A stretch of 64,000 bases of DNA from a candidate division TM6 bacterium UASB124 (GCA_945897315.1 CAMDFF010000004.1:1018-65017), one strand, 5' to 3'; positions 27,988 through 38,739 are shown, numbered from the stretch's first letter. Numbers and translations: made by a program. Notes: a model not told the origin generated them from the sequence alone.

Positions 27988-28611
27988 TTATCGAATCAAG
28001 GCACGAAATGATTGTGCCGCTCGTAGCGGGCTTTCGGCTCGCGTAACCGGTGATCCAATCATGATGCCTTGAGGTTTGAGCGATACAACTTGTTCAAAAT
28101 TTGAAATATCGACTTTGCCGGTTACAAAGATTGGAAGGCTCGTATTGTCACGCACATTGTGCCATACAGAGTCGATATCGCTTGCTTCTTCCATGTGCGG
28201 TGCGTGGTGCAAGATGAGCATGTCAGCACCCATGGTTGTTGCATCCATAGCTGCCTGACCTAGTGATTGAGCATCCAGCAGATCAATGGCTATTTTTATA
28301 TCAAAGCGATGGGCAGTCGCAATAGCTTTTTTAATGCTGGTGTTAAATGTTCCAGCTAAAACAGAAACATATGATGCTCCTGCTTGTGCCATCAAAATAA
28401 TTGACTCTTCTGTTTTGTCTACCAATTTTGTCTCAGCAAAAATTTCTTTGTTGGGAAATGCGCTCTTAAAAACTTTGATAGCGTTAGCTCCTTCTTTCAG
28501 TAAAAGTAGCGATCCGACACCGATAATGTCGGCGCACTCTGCTGTTTGCTCCGCGATTTTGATAGCTTGAGCAAGATCTGCAATATTATAGGTAAAATGC
28601 AGCTTTATCAC
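27988..28611 (-). CDS. OMP-decarboxylase-suprafamily TIM-barrel protein (3-hexulose-6-phosphate synthase / KGPDC-like, divergent)
   Basis: The length of 207 aa and the layout match HPS/UlaD-like proteins: ..ADIIGVGSLLL.., FAETKLVDK (compare DxKxxD), GASYVSVLAG, LILHH, and IFVTGKV..IMIGSPVTRAESP at the phosphate-binding end. It starts at GTG with AAGGAG upstream. Confidence 0.5.
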   Translation of the reverse strand: MIKLHFTYNIADLAQAIKIAEQTAECADIIGVGSLLLLKEGANAIKVFKSAFPNKEIFAETKLVDKTEESIILMAQAGASYVSVLAGTFNTSIKKAIATAHRFDIKIAIDLLDAQSLGQAAMDATTMGADMLILHHAPHMEEASDIDSVWHNVRDNTSLPIFVTGKVDISNFEQVVSLKPQGIMIGSPVTRAESPLRAAQSFRALIR

Positions 28612-28741
28612 TTATTCTCCTTTTGCTAAAATTGCAAAATGCAGTATGTTAATTTCTGCTTTTTCTCAGTCCATAATTCGCCCGTATCACCTTACGTAAA
28701 ATCTTGTGGTGCAGCAACAGTTTAACGAAAGCAAGCTTGTT

Positions 28742-30196
28742 ATGAAACAGTTAATTACCCGATTGAAACAGAGTTGCCAAAAACACGTTCTTGTTATTGG
28801 CGACGTCATGATTGATGAATATTTCTTTGGTAATGTCAATCGTATTTCACCAGAAGCGCCTGTACCCATTTTACTTGAAGAAGGTAAAGAGTGGAGTCTT
28901 GGTGGCGCAGCTAATGTTGCTGCCAATTGTAAGCACATTGGTCTTGACGTGTCACTAATTGGCATAATTAATGATAAAGATCATGAGGGGCAGCGTTTTT
29001 TAGCACAACTAGAGAGCAATAAAATAGCAGTTGCAGGAGTTGTCTATTCTAGTGAGCGACAGACAACGTGTAAGCGTCGATTTCTTTCAAAAAATCATCA
29101 GATGTTTCGCCTCGATACTGAAACAACTCATCCTTTAACCGCAGAAGAATTTGCTGTCGTTAAAGCGCGCATTGTCTCAATGCTCAAGCCAGGAGCAATT
29201 ATTTTGGTGTCTGATTACGCAAAAGGCATGGTAACTAAAGAGTTAATGGATTTTCTTCGGCAGCAGGCAGAAATATTTCAATGTCGTATTTTAGTTGATC
29301 CAAAAGGCCCAGATTTTGAAAAATATTACGGTGTCGATATCATTAAGCCGAACTTGCGTGAGTACCAGCAAATGGTTGCTTATTTTAACCTCCCAGTGGA
29401 AAATTCTATTGAAGCGAATGGTCGATTACTCTGTGATGTGCTAGGGCTCCAAGGGATTATCGTTACGCTTGGTGAAAAGGGGATGGTTTACATTACTCAA
29501 GACGTATGTTTGACATCACCAGCGTATAAGCGTGAGGTATATGATTTGACTGGCGCTGGAGATACGGTTGTTTCATTTTTAGCGCTTGGGTTTGCACATT
29601 TATTACCGATAGAGGATTGCCTGCGGTTGGCAAATAATGCTGCCTCATTGGCTGTATCGCATATTAAAACGTATGCCGTAAGCTTGGAAGAATTAATTAG
29701 TAGAGCAGACGAGATGGAAGAAAAAGTATTTTTTGATTGGGCATTGCTTAAGATCGAGCTTGATTGGTTGCGTATTGAAGGTAAACGAGTAATTTTTACC
29801 AATGGCTGTTTTGATATTATGCATCCAGGGCATATTCATGTTCTTAAAGAGGCAAAGCGTTTGGGTGATATTTTAGTTGTTGGGCTTAATGGTGATGAAT
29901 CGATACGTCGCCTCAAGGGGGCTTCGCGCCCTGTTAATAACGTTTCTTCTCGTGCTACGATGCTCGCTGCTTTGGGAATGGTTGATTTTATCGTACCATT
30001 TGATGACGATACACCAGCAGCTCTCCTTGAATACATTAGGCCAGATGTCCTTGTAAAGGGTGGGGATTATAAGCGAGAGTCTGTTGTTGGGTATGAGCTT
30101 TTGAGGTCATACGGTGGGGAAGTGCATATAATTGATTTTCTACAGGGGCATTCGACTACAAATATTATTAAAGCAGTCACTCAAGCAGTGAAATAA
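28742..30196 (+). CDS. hldE: Bifunctional D-beta-D-heptose 7-phosphate kinase / heptose 1-phosphate adenylyltransferase
   Basis: VLVIGDVMIDEYFFGNVNRISPEAPVPIL marks the ribokinase-like half, and FTNGCFDIMHPGHIHVLKEAK marks the cytidylyltransferase half. The start is ambiguous between GTG 28706 and ATG 28742. Confidence 0.9.
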   Translation: MKQLITRLKQSCQKHVLVIGDVMIDEYFFGNVNRISPEAPVPILLEEGKEWSLGGAANVAANCKHIGLDVSLIGIINDKDHEGQRFLAQLESNKIAVAGVVYSSERQTTCKRRFLSKNHQMFRLDTETTHPLTAEEFAVVKARIVSMLKPGAIILVSDYAKGMVTKELMDFLRQQAEIFQCRILVDPKGPDFEKYYGVDIIKPNLREYQQMVAYFNLPVENSIEANGRLLCDVLGLQGIIVTLGEKGMVYITQDVCLTSPAYKREVYDLTGAGDTVVSFLALGFAHLLPIEDCLRLANNAASLAVSHIKTYAVSLEELISRADEMEEKVFFDWALLKIELDWLRIEGKRVIFTNGCFDIMHPGHIHVLKEAKRLGDILVVGLNGDESIRRLKGASRPVNNVSSRATMLAALGMVDFIVPFDDDTPAALLEYIRPDVLVKGGDYKRESVVGYELLRSYGGEVHIIDFLQGHSTTNIIKAVTQAVK

Positions 30197-30204
30197 GTTA
30201 TTTT

Positions 30205-31722
30205 TTGAGAGGGGAGCTTGTGTACAAGCTAGGGATTATTGGTTTTGGTGTTGTTGGTAAGTCTGTATTGTCATTTTTACGCAATACTAAAAATCATGTG
30301 TCGAATACTGGTGATGCTACGAGCAATGTTGCTCGCATTGTGCGTGAATGTGAAACGATTGAAGTATGGGACAAGCGTGCACTTAATGACGAAGAGCTTC
30401 TGTTGCTAGAGCAAGCACGGGCGGTGTTTGTTAATGGTACGGATGTTGGGCTTGATTCTTTTTTTCAGCATAATGACTTTGTTGTTGCAAGCCCAGGGAT
30501 TGATCTTTCAGCCTATAAGCAATGGCGACATAAAATAGTCTGTGAGCTTGATTTTTTTAGTGCCTTTTTCAGTAAGCCTGTGGTGGCTATTACTGGCTCA
30601 GTTGGCAAAACAACCATCACGCGCTTGTTGGGAGTTTTAGCAAATAAATTGCCTGTGAGTGTCGCGTCTCCGTGGCCTATTAATAGTGAAGATCGCACGC
30701 ATGTGCGGGCAGCAATTGGTGGTAATATTGGCATTGGGATGTTGGACTTGGTTGGTCACCAACAAGATATTGATACAGCGATTGTTGAATTATCAAGTTT
30801 TCAGCTGGAATTCAGCACACATTTTGTCCCAGCAGTAGCAATTTATACGAATATCTATCCGAATCATCTTGATCGGCATGGAACCATTAAAAGCTACTGT
30901 GCGGCAAAGACAACGATGCTTCACAAGCAAGAAGCAGGGAACATAGCAATTTTTTCACATGAATTATTGACGGGTCCGTCAGCACGGTTTATGGCTGACG
31001 AGCTTGAACAAATTCGGAGTCAAATAGTAGTAACGTCGCCGCATAAGCTTAAGCGGGCAGCGATTACAGCTATTCCTGTTTCGTGTTTCCATCTTGTGTA
31101 TCTCGATGGCAAGCAAATAATATTGGCATCGTATGAAAATTATAAAAGTGCAGCTTCGATCATACTGGTAGATAATGTGGAGCTCCCTGATATTACTTTT
31201 ACAAGCAATTGGGTACAGGTTATCGCAGGGCTTTATCTGATGGGACTTGCGGTTGATAAGCTCCCTATGCTGCTCAAAAAAACTACGACAGAAGACTTAT
31301 TGCCTGGTCTTGGGCATCGTGTACATCTGTGTGCAACAGTTAAGGGCGTTGATTTCTATGACGATTCCAAGTCGACTATTACCCAGGCAACGCTCGCTGC
31401 CGTAGAACGTCTTGCAGAGCAAAAACGGCCTATCATAGTCATTCTTGGTGGTCTGAGTAAGGGTATTGATCGTTCGTGGTTAATGACGGCATTAGGAAAA
31501 ATCAGCTATATTAAGCGGGTTTTTTGCTTTGGTCCTGAGAGCAGCCAGTTTGAAGGGGCAGAAGAATATGAAACGTTAGAAGCCCTTATGCAGGCTGTTG
31601 GATCGATTATGACAACGGGTGATATTGTTCTGTTTTCTCCTAGTGGTACTAGTTTTGATTTTTTCAAGAACTATGAGCATCGTGGGCAGGTGTTTGAGCA
31701 GCTTGTGCAAAATCTTGCCTAG
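30205..31722 (+). CDS. murD: UDP-N-acetylmuramoylalanine--D-glutamate ligase
   Basis: Has the Mur ligase P-loop AITGSVGKTT, GGNIG, and a C-terminal SPSGTSFDFFKNYEHRG. It lies upstream of ftsW. The start is uncertain between TTG 30205 and GTG 30220. Confidence 0.85.
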   Translation: MRGELVYKLGIIGFGVVGKSVLSFLRNTKNHVSNTGDATSNVARIVRECETIEVWDKRALNDEELLLLEQARAVFVNGTDVGLDSFFQHNDFVVASPGIDLSAYKQWRHKIVCELDFFSAFFSKPVVAITGSVGKTTITRLLGVLANKLPVSVASPWPINSEDRTHVRAAIGGNIGIGMLDLVGHQQDIDTAIVELSSFQLEFSTHFVPAVAIYTNIYPNHLDRHGTIKSYCAAKTTMLHKQEAGNIAIFSHELLTGPSARFMADELEQIRSQIVVTSPHKLKRAAITAIPVSCFHLVYLDGKQIILASYENYKSAASIILVDNVELPDITFTSNWVQVIAGLYLMGLAVDKLPMLLKKTTTEDLLPGLGHRVHLCATVKGVDFYDDSKSTITQATLAAVERLAEQKRPIIVILGGLSKGIDRSWLMTALGKISYIKRVFCFGPESSQFEGAEEYETLEALMQAVGSIMTTGDIVLFSPSGTSFDFFKNYEHRGQVFEQLVQNLA

Positions 31723-31808
31723 CGAGGACCAAGCCTTTTAATGTTTAACACGTAAATATTCCGCTCTTTCATTGAGGAAGAGCGGGGACCACTAATCAGA
31801 GGGTTGCT

Positions 31809-32933
31809 ATGGCATTACCGGTAAGTCGTTTGCGTGCTGATGTACAAACATTAATGGGTGTCGTGACGCTCTTAACCCTGGTTGGGCTTGTGTTCGTGTA
31901 CTCATCTAGCTCTATTTTTGCCTTAGAAAAATGTGGTAGTGATACCTATTTTTTGAAGAAGCAGGCTATGTATACACTGTTGGCAGTGATTGGATTTTTT
32001 GCCTTTGCATTGGTGCCGCATGAGTTGTTAAAAAAATATGCACCAGGTCTCTTTGTCTGCTCTTTAGGGTTGATGCTGCTAACTTTTGTTCCTGGTCTTG
32101 GGCTGAAAATGCATGGAGCTAATCGGTGGCTAAACCTCGGGTTTATAAGCTTACAGCCGAGTGAGCTTCTGAAGATTTTTCTTATTTTGTACATGGGTTA
32201 TTTTTTAGAAAAGAAGCAGTATCGCATTAAATCGTTTCTTTATACCTACTTACCATTTCTTTTGGTTCTTGGGGTTTCATTTGCTATTCTACTCAAACAG
32301 CCTGACTTTGGCTCAGTAATTACGCTTTTTTCAACAGCGCTAGTTCTCTTTTTTGTTGCTGAGTGCAATATGCGCTATCTGCTTACAACTGCTTTATTAG
32401 CATGTCCGGCTATTGTGTACCTGATTTTTTCTAAATCATATCGCCTCAGTCGTATTTTAATTTTTCTAAATCCATGGGCAGATCCCCAGGGTAAGGGATT
32501 TCAGATTATTCAGTCGCTAATCGCTATTGGTAATGGGAAGCTATGGGGCGTTGGGATAGCTAACTCAAAACAAAAATTCTTTTACTTGCCGATGCAACAT
32601 ACCGATTTTATTTTTCCTATTATTGCAGAAGAGATAGGTTTTATTGGTTCGCTTGGGCTTATTACGTTATACGCAGCATTGTTATTTTTTGGTATGCGTA
32701 TCGTGTTACTTTTTCGTGAAGGCTTTAGCTTTTTTACATCACTTGGCTTTATTGTATTATTGACCATTCAGGCACTTATTAATCTGATGGTGTCTTGTGG
32801 GCTGTTGCCAACCAAGGGGCTTGGGCTACCATTTATTAGCTACGGGGGGACTGCTCTTATTGCTGGGTGGTGCATGATTGGCTTTATCGTTAACTGTGCC
32901 AAACATGAGAGAATAAGTGCAGACAGGAATTAA
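31809..32933 (+). CDS. ftsW: SEDS-family peptidoglycan glycosyltransferase (FtsW by murD synteny)
   Basis: A polytopic protein with QPSELLKI, QPDFGS, QSLIAIGNGKLWGVG and HTDFIFPIIAEEIGFIG. It lies immediately after murD. Confidence 0.8.
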   Translation: MALPVSRLRADVQTLMGVVTLLTLVGLVFVYSSSSIFALEKCGSDTYFLKKQAMYTLLAVIGFFAFALVPHELLKKYAPGLFVCSLGLMLLTFVPGLGLKMHGANRWLNLGFISLQPSELLKIFLILYMGYFLEKKQYRIKSFLYTYLPFLLVLGVSFAILLKQPDFGSVITLFSTALVLFFVAECNMRYLLTTALLACPAIVYLIFSKSYRLSRILIFLNPWADPQGKGFQIIQSLIAIGNGKLWGVGIANSKQKFFYLPMQHTDFIFPIIAEEIGFIGSLGLITLYAALLFFGMRIVLLFREGFSFFTSLGFIVLLTIQALINLMVSCGLLPTKGLGLPFISYGGTALIAGWCMIGFIVNCAKHERISADRN

Positions 32934-33062
32934 TATATCTGCTCTCTTGGTGTCTGGTTATTTCTATTCTATTTTAATTGACAGCCGTGTAGGCCTTGCC
33001 ATACTAGTTCTTTGAATTGGGTGGAGCTTATTATTATACCTTCTATTACACGGTGTTTTTTT

Positions 33063-35348
33063 ATGACTATGAAACAACTTCGACGTGCATTTTCAAAATC
33101 ATTCTTTTTCTGTGGTTTGGTAGTCTCTTTAGCTGCTACAGAAACAACGCAAGCAACAAAAGAGCTGGAATTATTTAAAGATTTTGATCAAGCGGCTACT
33201 AGTTTACATGGCGGATCGGGAGCAAGGCAGTATCCTGGTGGTTTGAGCAACGACACTGATATGGAAGCGATCATTCAGGCCTTACTGGCAGACGTCATGC
33301 GTCACCAGCAAGAAATTGGTCAGCAGCATCTTCGATCGTTGCCGGAAGATACCCGTGCTCTTGTTAATCAGGTTTTAGACGATAAAAATACTCTCACAAG
33401 CACATTGCGATTACAAAATACTGTAGGGAATTTGACCGAAGTAATTCGTGCGCAAACGGTACAATCTGAGAAGCTGAAGCAGGCTTTAGCTTCGCTTAAT
33501 ATTGCATTATATGATGGTACATTTTTCTCACTCTTTTTTACCAATATCAGCAATAATCCTGATGATAAAAAGCACCCTGTTGTAGCAGCTGTATGGGGCA
33601 AACCTGAAGCTGAAGCATTGCTTGGTTTGTTACAGCAAGCGCCTGGTAGTGAAGCAGCAGTATTGTGCGATGTTATACAAAAATTAACTGTTACCAATTA
33701 TAGCGGTGCCGCTCGTGCTTGCTATGAAATCAATGTTCCAGCAATCGATGCGCTTGAGTTGCAATTGAAAAAAGTGAGCGCCGTTCTGATGCAGCAGGCA
33801 GCGATGGTAGCCCCTGGAGACGTGGTCTTACGCAATGCATTTGTGCATTGGACAAAGCAGATTAATAAGCATTTGCATACAATCATCAATGTTAAAAAAG
33901 CTGCGGCAAAGGCAACTATTGACTTGAGTTGGTTACTGTACGCGGTTTCTCATTTGTACGATATTGTGGCTCCATATTATGAGCTCAATGCTCAGCCCTC
34001 TGCGGGCTTTAGTACAGCATTGGTACAAGATGTATTTATTCGATCAGGGATAGCATTAGCAAGCCTGGCTCAAAAGAATTTTGATGCTGCTGGTCGTGAT
34101 ATTACTCATTGTATTATGAGCGATTCTTCGTTAGTTCAATTTGTTGATCCGCTAAGCGAAGGCATAGGCTTAGCAGGCTTGCTTGCGATTTCAACTAATG
34201 TACAAAAATATGGTACGTATCTGTTTGCTGCAGGGCAAGCAGCTTCTAATCCTGCAATGTATGCGTCAAAAATGTCACCCTTGGTACGCTTTGGGATTCG
34301 TTTTAGCTGTGCATTTGCTTGGTATAATCTAGGTAATTTCAAAAATTTGGTTACTAGTTATGGAGCAGACAACCAAGCTCTTAGTAATCCCGTTTACTGT
34401 GCCATTTTACGTATGGGTATTTTTCAGTTAGAAGGCTATGTTAGTGGGGTTATACAAAAAACTATTTACGAGCATGTTGGTGCTGATCGTGTGTACGCGA
34501 TTGAAAATGCAACAATGGGGATTGTGAGCCCGCATCTTCTGACAGAGCTCATGGATGTATGCGTGACAAATTTTTTAATGGATCGCCATCCCGGTATTGA
34601 AAATTATATAGCGAAGTTTAGTGATTCTGATGTGTATCGTTACAATAGCCCTTGGTATCTGAATCATATGGCTAATGCGTATACAGAAAATAATCCGCGT
34701 GGTGATAACGCTGGGTTTTCTCAGTTTTTGCGCTCAAATAAAAAGCTCTATGTTGAGTATAGCGCATTGTATTACCTTTGTGGTTCCATGGGGCGTTATT
34801 GGGCTCGTAAGGGCGCAGAGGCAAATATTGATGCATTAGCTTCAGGCCTAGGCAAAGTTAGCTTAAAAGCATTATCGCTTGTTTATGCTGAGGAAGACCT
34901 CATGATGCTGAGCCATAGTAAAGAAATTATTGTCAGCATGCTGCAGGCTATGGTTCAAGATATTATGCATACTCCAGGTAGTCAGCAGCGCCGATCATTT
35001 ATTGAGTCTATGCGGTGGCTTGGTATGTTGCCAGCGCACGTGCAAGATGATAAAATAATCAATGACGTGGTGGTTGCTGCATTCATTGATATTTGCTTGT
35101 TTAAGGGCATTTTTGATTATAAGCAAGCGACTGTCTGCCACGAAGAATATAAAAAACAGCAAGATAATTTGGTAGAATACGTACCATTCCTTGTTGATAA
35201 AATTGGAGATGGTATACTTATCACCCTGAGTGGTGTGGCAGGGCGTTATGTTGGTCACAGGGTTGCTGAGCTCTTTTTTAGGAAGCCAGTTTCCCCACCT
35301 TCACCAGATGGTTCAGGTGCAGCCGCTGTGATGCTAGCTACCGCCTAG
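33063..35348 (+). CDS. Large secreted/membrane-associated hypothetical protein
   Basis: The likely start is MTMKQLRRAFSKSFFFCGLVVSLAATETTQA at 33063. The 761-aa protein is mostly helical with several hydrophobic segments. I recognise no motif. Confidence 0.5.
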   Translation: MTMKQLRRAFSKSFFFCGLVVSLAATETTQATKELELFKDFDQAATSLHGGSGARQYPGGLSNDTDMEAIIQALLADVMRHQQEIGQQHLRSLPEDTRALVNQVLDDKNTLTSTLRLQNTVGNLTEVIRAQTVQSEKLKQALASLNIALYDGTFFSLFFTNISNNPDDKKHPVVAAVWGKPEAEALLGLLQQAPGSEAAVLCDVIQKLTVTNYSGAARACYEINVPAIDALELQLKKVSAVLMQQAAMVAPGDVVLRNAFVHWTKQINKHLHTIINVKKAAAKATIDLSWLLYAVSHLYDIVAPYYELNAQPSAGFSTALVQDVFIRSGIALASLAQKNFDAAGRDITHCIMSDSSLVQFVDPLSEGIGLAGLLAISTNVQKYGTYLFAAGQAASNPAMYASKMSPLVRFGIRFSCAFAWYNLGNFKNLVTSYGADNQALSNPVYCAILRMGIFQLEGYVSGVIQKTIYEHVGADRVYAIENATMGIVSPHLLTELMDVCVTNFLMDRHPGIENYIAKFSDSDVYRYNSPWYLNHMANAYTENNPRGDNAGFSQFLRSNKKLYVEYSALYYLCGSMGRYWARKGAEANIDALASGLGKVSLKALSLVYAEEDLMMLSHSKEIIVSMLQAMVQDIMHTPGSQQRRSFIESMRWLGMLPAHVQDDKIINDVVVAAFIDICLFKGIFDYKQATVCHEEYKKQQDNLVEYVPFLVDKIGDGILITLSGVAGRYVGHRVAELFFRKPVSPPSPDGSGAAAVMLATA

Positions 35349-35390
35349 ACTCTTCTTTCTGTTGTAAGTAATTATAAAGTAAATGAAGCG

Positions 35391-35424
35391 AAGCCCCTCG
35401 TGTATTTTCACAGGGGCTTTTTTT
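35391..35424 (+). terminator. Rho-independent terminator
   Basis: The stem pairs aagcccct with aggggctt and is followed by a T7 run. Confidence 0.75.
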
Positions 35425-35453
35425 ATCTCATAGAAAAAATGTAGGAATAATGC

Positions 35454-37358
35454 ATGCTGATAGCGCAAGGTTTAGAGCTGATTTTTGGTCAGCAAGAAGT
35501 TTTCAAAGATGTATCATTTACTATCCAACTTGGACAAAAAGTTGGACTTGTTGGTCGCAATGGTGCAGGCAAAAGTACGCTCCTCAAAGTCATTGCAGGT
35601 CGTCAGCCGCTAGACAAGGGTGCCATTAGCCTTGAGCGTGAGCGTAAAATCGCTTACTTGCCACAAGAAGTAGTGTTGCTTTCTTCTCGCTCAGTGCTGG
35701 AAGAAACGTGCTCAGTATTTGATGAAGCACAGGCGTTGCAAAAAACAGTTGTTGATCTAGAAGCTATTTTAGCTACCGGTGAGGCTACCGATGAGCAGTT
35801 TGAAGAGTACACAACGGTAATTACTAAACTTGCTGATTTTGACTTGCCAGCCTTGATAGTTGAAGCAAAACAAGTACTACAAGGCCTTGGTCTTGGTATT
35901 GAGCGCTGGGAAACACCTGTTGATCAACTGAGCGTTGGTTGGAAGATGCGCGTTGTTCTTGCGAAATTATTGCTACAAAAAGCTGATTTATATCTGTTTG
36001 ATGAACCAACTAACCACTTGGACATTGTTGCACAAACCTGGTTTTTGGATTTCTTGAGAAGCGCTCGCTTTGGCTTCTTATTGGTATCGCATGATCGGTA
36101 TTTCTTGGATCACGTTTGTAACAATATTTTTGAAGTTGAGATGGGTAATGGTACCATGTACACGGGTAACTACACACGCTACCTTGATCAAAAACAGCAA
36201 GCAGAAGAGCTGAAGCAGAAGCAGTATGACGCTCAGCAACGTGATATTAAAAAAAGAATGGAAATTATCAATAAATTTAGAGCAAGTGCTGCGCGTGCAA
36301 GTACTGCTCAGAGCATGCTTAAATCTCTTGACAAAATGGATAAAATTGAGATTCACGCAGGTCCATCAACAATGCGCATATCAATGCCACCGGCAAAACG
36401 CTCTGGTGATATTGTGATGAAAGTTGAAGGTATTGCTAAGCAGTTTGATGGCAAAAAGCTTTTTCAAGATGTTGAGTTTAATATTATTCGTGGCGAAAAA
36501 GTGGCACTTGTTGCTGCAAACGGCGTTGGTAAAACCACCTTGCTTAGTATTCTGATGGGTAAAGTCGAACAAGATGCTGGTACGTATACTCTTGGGTATA
36601 ATGTTGAACCGGTACTGTTTGAACAGGACCAGGAGCGTTCACTTGATGGTGATAAAACCGTTCTGCAAGAAGCGGAAGCGTCAGCTAAGACATTAACGGC
36701 TCACGGTCGGCTTCGTCCACTCCTCGGATCATTTTTGTTCTCTGGTGATGATGTTGCTAAGCGTATTCGTGTTCTTAGTGGTGGTGAGAAAAACCGCGTA
36801 GCGATGGTAAAAGTACTTTTAGCAGAAGGCAACTTCTTGCTTCTTGATGAACCTACTAACCACTTGGATTTGCAGTCTAAAGATATTTTAGGCCAAGCGC
36901 TTAAGCAGTTTGAAGGTACGATTCTTTTTGTATCGCATGATAGAACTTTCTTGGATGAGCTAGCAACACGTATCTTGGAGCTAACACCAATGGGTGTGCG
37001 TAGTTATCAAGGTAATTTTGAGTCATACCAATATGCTAAGCATGTTGAAGCGCGTCTTGAACTTGAAAAACAAGCTGCGGCTACTCCTGCCAAAGGCCCA
37101 CAAAAGCGTTCAGAAAAATCAAATGTACCAGATGCTTCTACAGCAAAAGGCGCTGCTCGACCTGAAGACCAGCAAAAGAAAATCAAGAATCTTGAAAGTT
37201 CTATAGCTAAACTCGAGCGTGAAAACGAGGCACTTACTCTTAAGTTTGCCGACGTGACCTGGGGTACAGAAGAATATAAAAAGCTTGAAATAAAGCATGC
37301 TCACCTGAAAAAGCAGCTTGAAGATGCTTATGAGCAGTGGGAAAAACTGACAGCATAA
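35454..37358 (+). CDS. ABC-F family ATPase (two ABC domains, no TM; C-terminal coiled coil)
   Basis: Has two Walker A sites (GRNGAGKSTLLK, AANGVGKTTLLS), two LSGG-type signatures (LSVGWKMR, LSGGEKNR) and a charged C-terminal extension. Confidence 0.9.
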   Translation: MLIAQGLELIFGQQEVFKDVSFTIQLGQKVGLVGRNGAGKSTLLKVIAGRQPLDKGAISLERERKIAYLPQEVVLLSSRSVLEETCSVFDEAQALQKTVVDLEAILATGEATDEQFEEYTTVITKLADFDLPALIVEAKQVLQGLGLGIERWETPVDQLSVGWKMRVVLAKLLLQKADLYLFDEPTNHLDIVAQTWFLDFLRSARFGFLLVSHDRYFLDHVCNNIFEVEMGNGTMYTGNYTRYLDQKQQAEELKQKQYDAQQRDIKKRMEIINKFRASAARASTAQSMLKSLDKMDKIEIHAGPSTMRISMPPAKRSGDIVMKVEGIAKQFDGKKLFQDVEFNIIRGEKVALVAANGVGKTTLLSILMGKVEQDAGTYTLGYNVEPVLFEQDQERSLDGDKTVLQEAEASAKTLTAHGRLRPLLGSFLFSGDDVAKRIRVLSGGEKNRVAMVKVLLAEGNFLLLDEPTNHLDLQSKDILGQALKQFEGTILFVSHDRTFLDELATRILELTPMGVRSYQGNFESYQYAKHVEARLELEKQAAATPAKGPQKRSEKSNVPDASTAKGAARPEDQQKKIKNLESSIAKLERENEALTLKFADVTWGTEEYKKLEIKHAHLKKQLEDAYEQWEKLTA

Positions 37359-37365
37359 TCTGTGT

Positions 37366-37394
37366 GGGGTGCTTTGTACAAAGCACCCCTTTTC
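37366..37394 (+). terminator. Rho-independent terminator
   Basis: The stem is ggggtgcttt-gtac-aaagcacccc, followed by tttt. Confidence 0.8.
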
Positions 37395-37425
37395 TATACC
37401 ATTTTGATCAGTGCTTTTAATAATC

Positions 37426-38667
37426 TTATTCGTCAGAATGAGGACTCTTTTTTTTAGTCGGGGCATAGAACTTTGTGAAAAGCTCGGGAATATTTTGCCA
37501 CGAAATAAAGTGTGGTCCGGTAGGTGAAATAGCATCCGGTCCCGTGTAAATCACATAGCTTTGATCTAGGGGGTGTCCTGTTAGATCATGCCAAAATGAG
37601 ATCACATCGGTCATATTGTTTCTAGCAACGTTGGCTGATTTAATTTCTAGGGGGACCAGTGTTCCTGCCAGGTCAACAATCAAATCAATCTCATGCTTTT
37701 GTTCATCGCACCAAAAATACAGAGCGGGCCTTGTCGAGCTGCTCGTGTAGTACCATTTTGATGACTCTGTGATAACAAAATTTTCAAACAAGGCACCACG
37801 TATTTTATGGTTTGCTAATGCTTCTGGTGAGTTTATACCCAATAGACTACAGATAATACCTGTATCAGTGAAATACAACTTGGGGCTTTTTGTAAGCTGT
37901 TTATTAAAGTTTTCATAATGTGGTGATAGCGTATAAATGATGTAGCAACTGGAAAGTAATGAAAGCCACTGGTTTGCTGTTTTAACATCAATTTTTGCGT
38001 CTGCAGCGAGTGTGTTTACATTAAGAACTTGTCCGCAGCGACCAGCGCATAGCTTTAAAAACTTAAGAAATTGTGCTTCGTCTGGTAATTTTTGAAGCGT
38101 TTTGATGTCTCGTTGGATGTAGGTATCAATATAATCCAGATAAAACTGTTCTGTTGATAAATTTGTATCGGCATGCAAGCGCGGAAAACTGCCCTTAAAC
38201 ATGAGTTCGTCAATATTGTCTGGTAGTATCTTTGATTGTTTTAGTTCATTGATTGACGGGGGTAAAATGGTAAAAAGCACTACCCGGCCAGCGAGTGATT
38301 CTGTTACATTTGCCATCATCAAATAATTTTGCGAACCCGTTAAAATAATCTGCCCCTGGCTTCCTGTCTCATCAACATAAATTTTAATAGCAGGTAGTAT
38401 TCTTGGGCATAATTGAAACTCATCAATGATGATACCCGGAGCGGTGGCAAGATTGTCTGCTATAAATGCTTCGGGGTCAGCATTAATACTGTTTGCGGTT
38501 GCTTCCCTATCACATAAAAAATATTTATACGTTGGAAAACACTGTTTTGCTAGTGTTGTTTTTCCTGCTTGTCGTGGGCCACGAATACAGGTTACTGGCA
38601 TGAGAGGTGCGTATGATTTTATAAATTCAGTTTTGTCGCGATTAATGAACACAATGATCTCTTTCAA
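37426..38667 (-). CDS. AAA-type ATPase with DUF4143-like C-terminal domain
   Basis: Has Walker A GPRQAGKTTLAKQ and Walker B IIIDEFQ. The length and layout are typical of the widespread AAA_14+DUF4143 family. Confidence 0.7.
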   Translation of the reverse strand: MKEIIVFINRDKTEFIKSYAPLMPVTCIRGPRQAGKTTLAKQCFPTYKYFLCDREATANSINADPEAFIADNLATAPGIIIDEFQLCPRILPAIKIYVDETGSQGQIILTGSQNYLMMANVTESLAGRVVLFTILPPSINELKQSKILPDNIDELMFKGSFPRLHADTNLSTEQFYLDYIDTYIQRDIKTLQKLPDEAQFLKFLKLCAGRCGQVLNVNTLAADAKIDVKTANQWLSLLSSCYIIYTLSPHYENFNKQLTKSPKLYFTDTGIICSLLGINSPEALANHKIRGALFENFVITESSKWYYTSSSTRPALYFWCDEQKHEIDLIVDLAGTLVPLEIKSANVARNNMTDVISFWHDLTGHPLDQSYVIYTGPDAISPTGPHFISWQNIPELFTKFYAPTKKKSPHSDE

Positions 38668-38739
38668 CTATTGCCACTGGTTGTTTTGGGAGGGTTTATT
38701 TTTGCAGAATTACGCTTAAAACGCAAACGTCTGGAAAAT

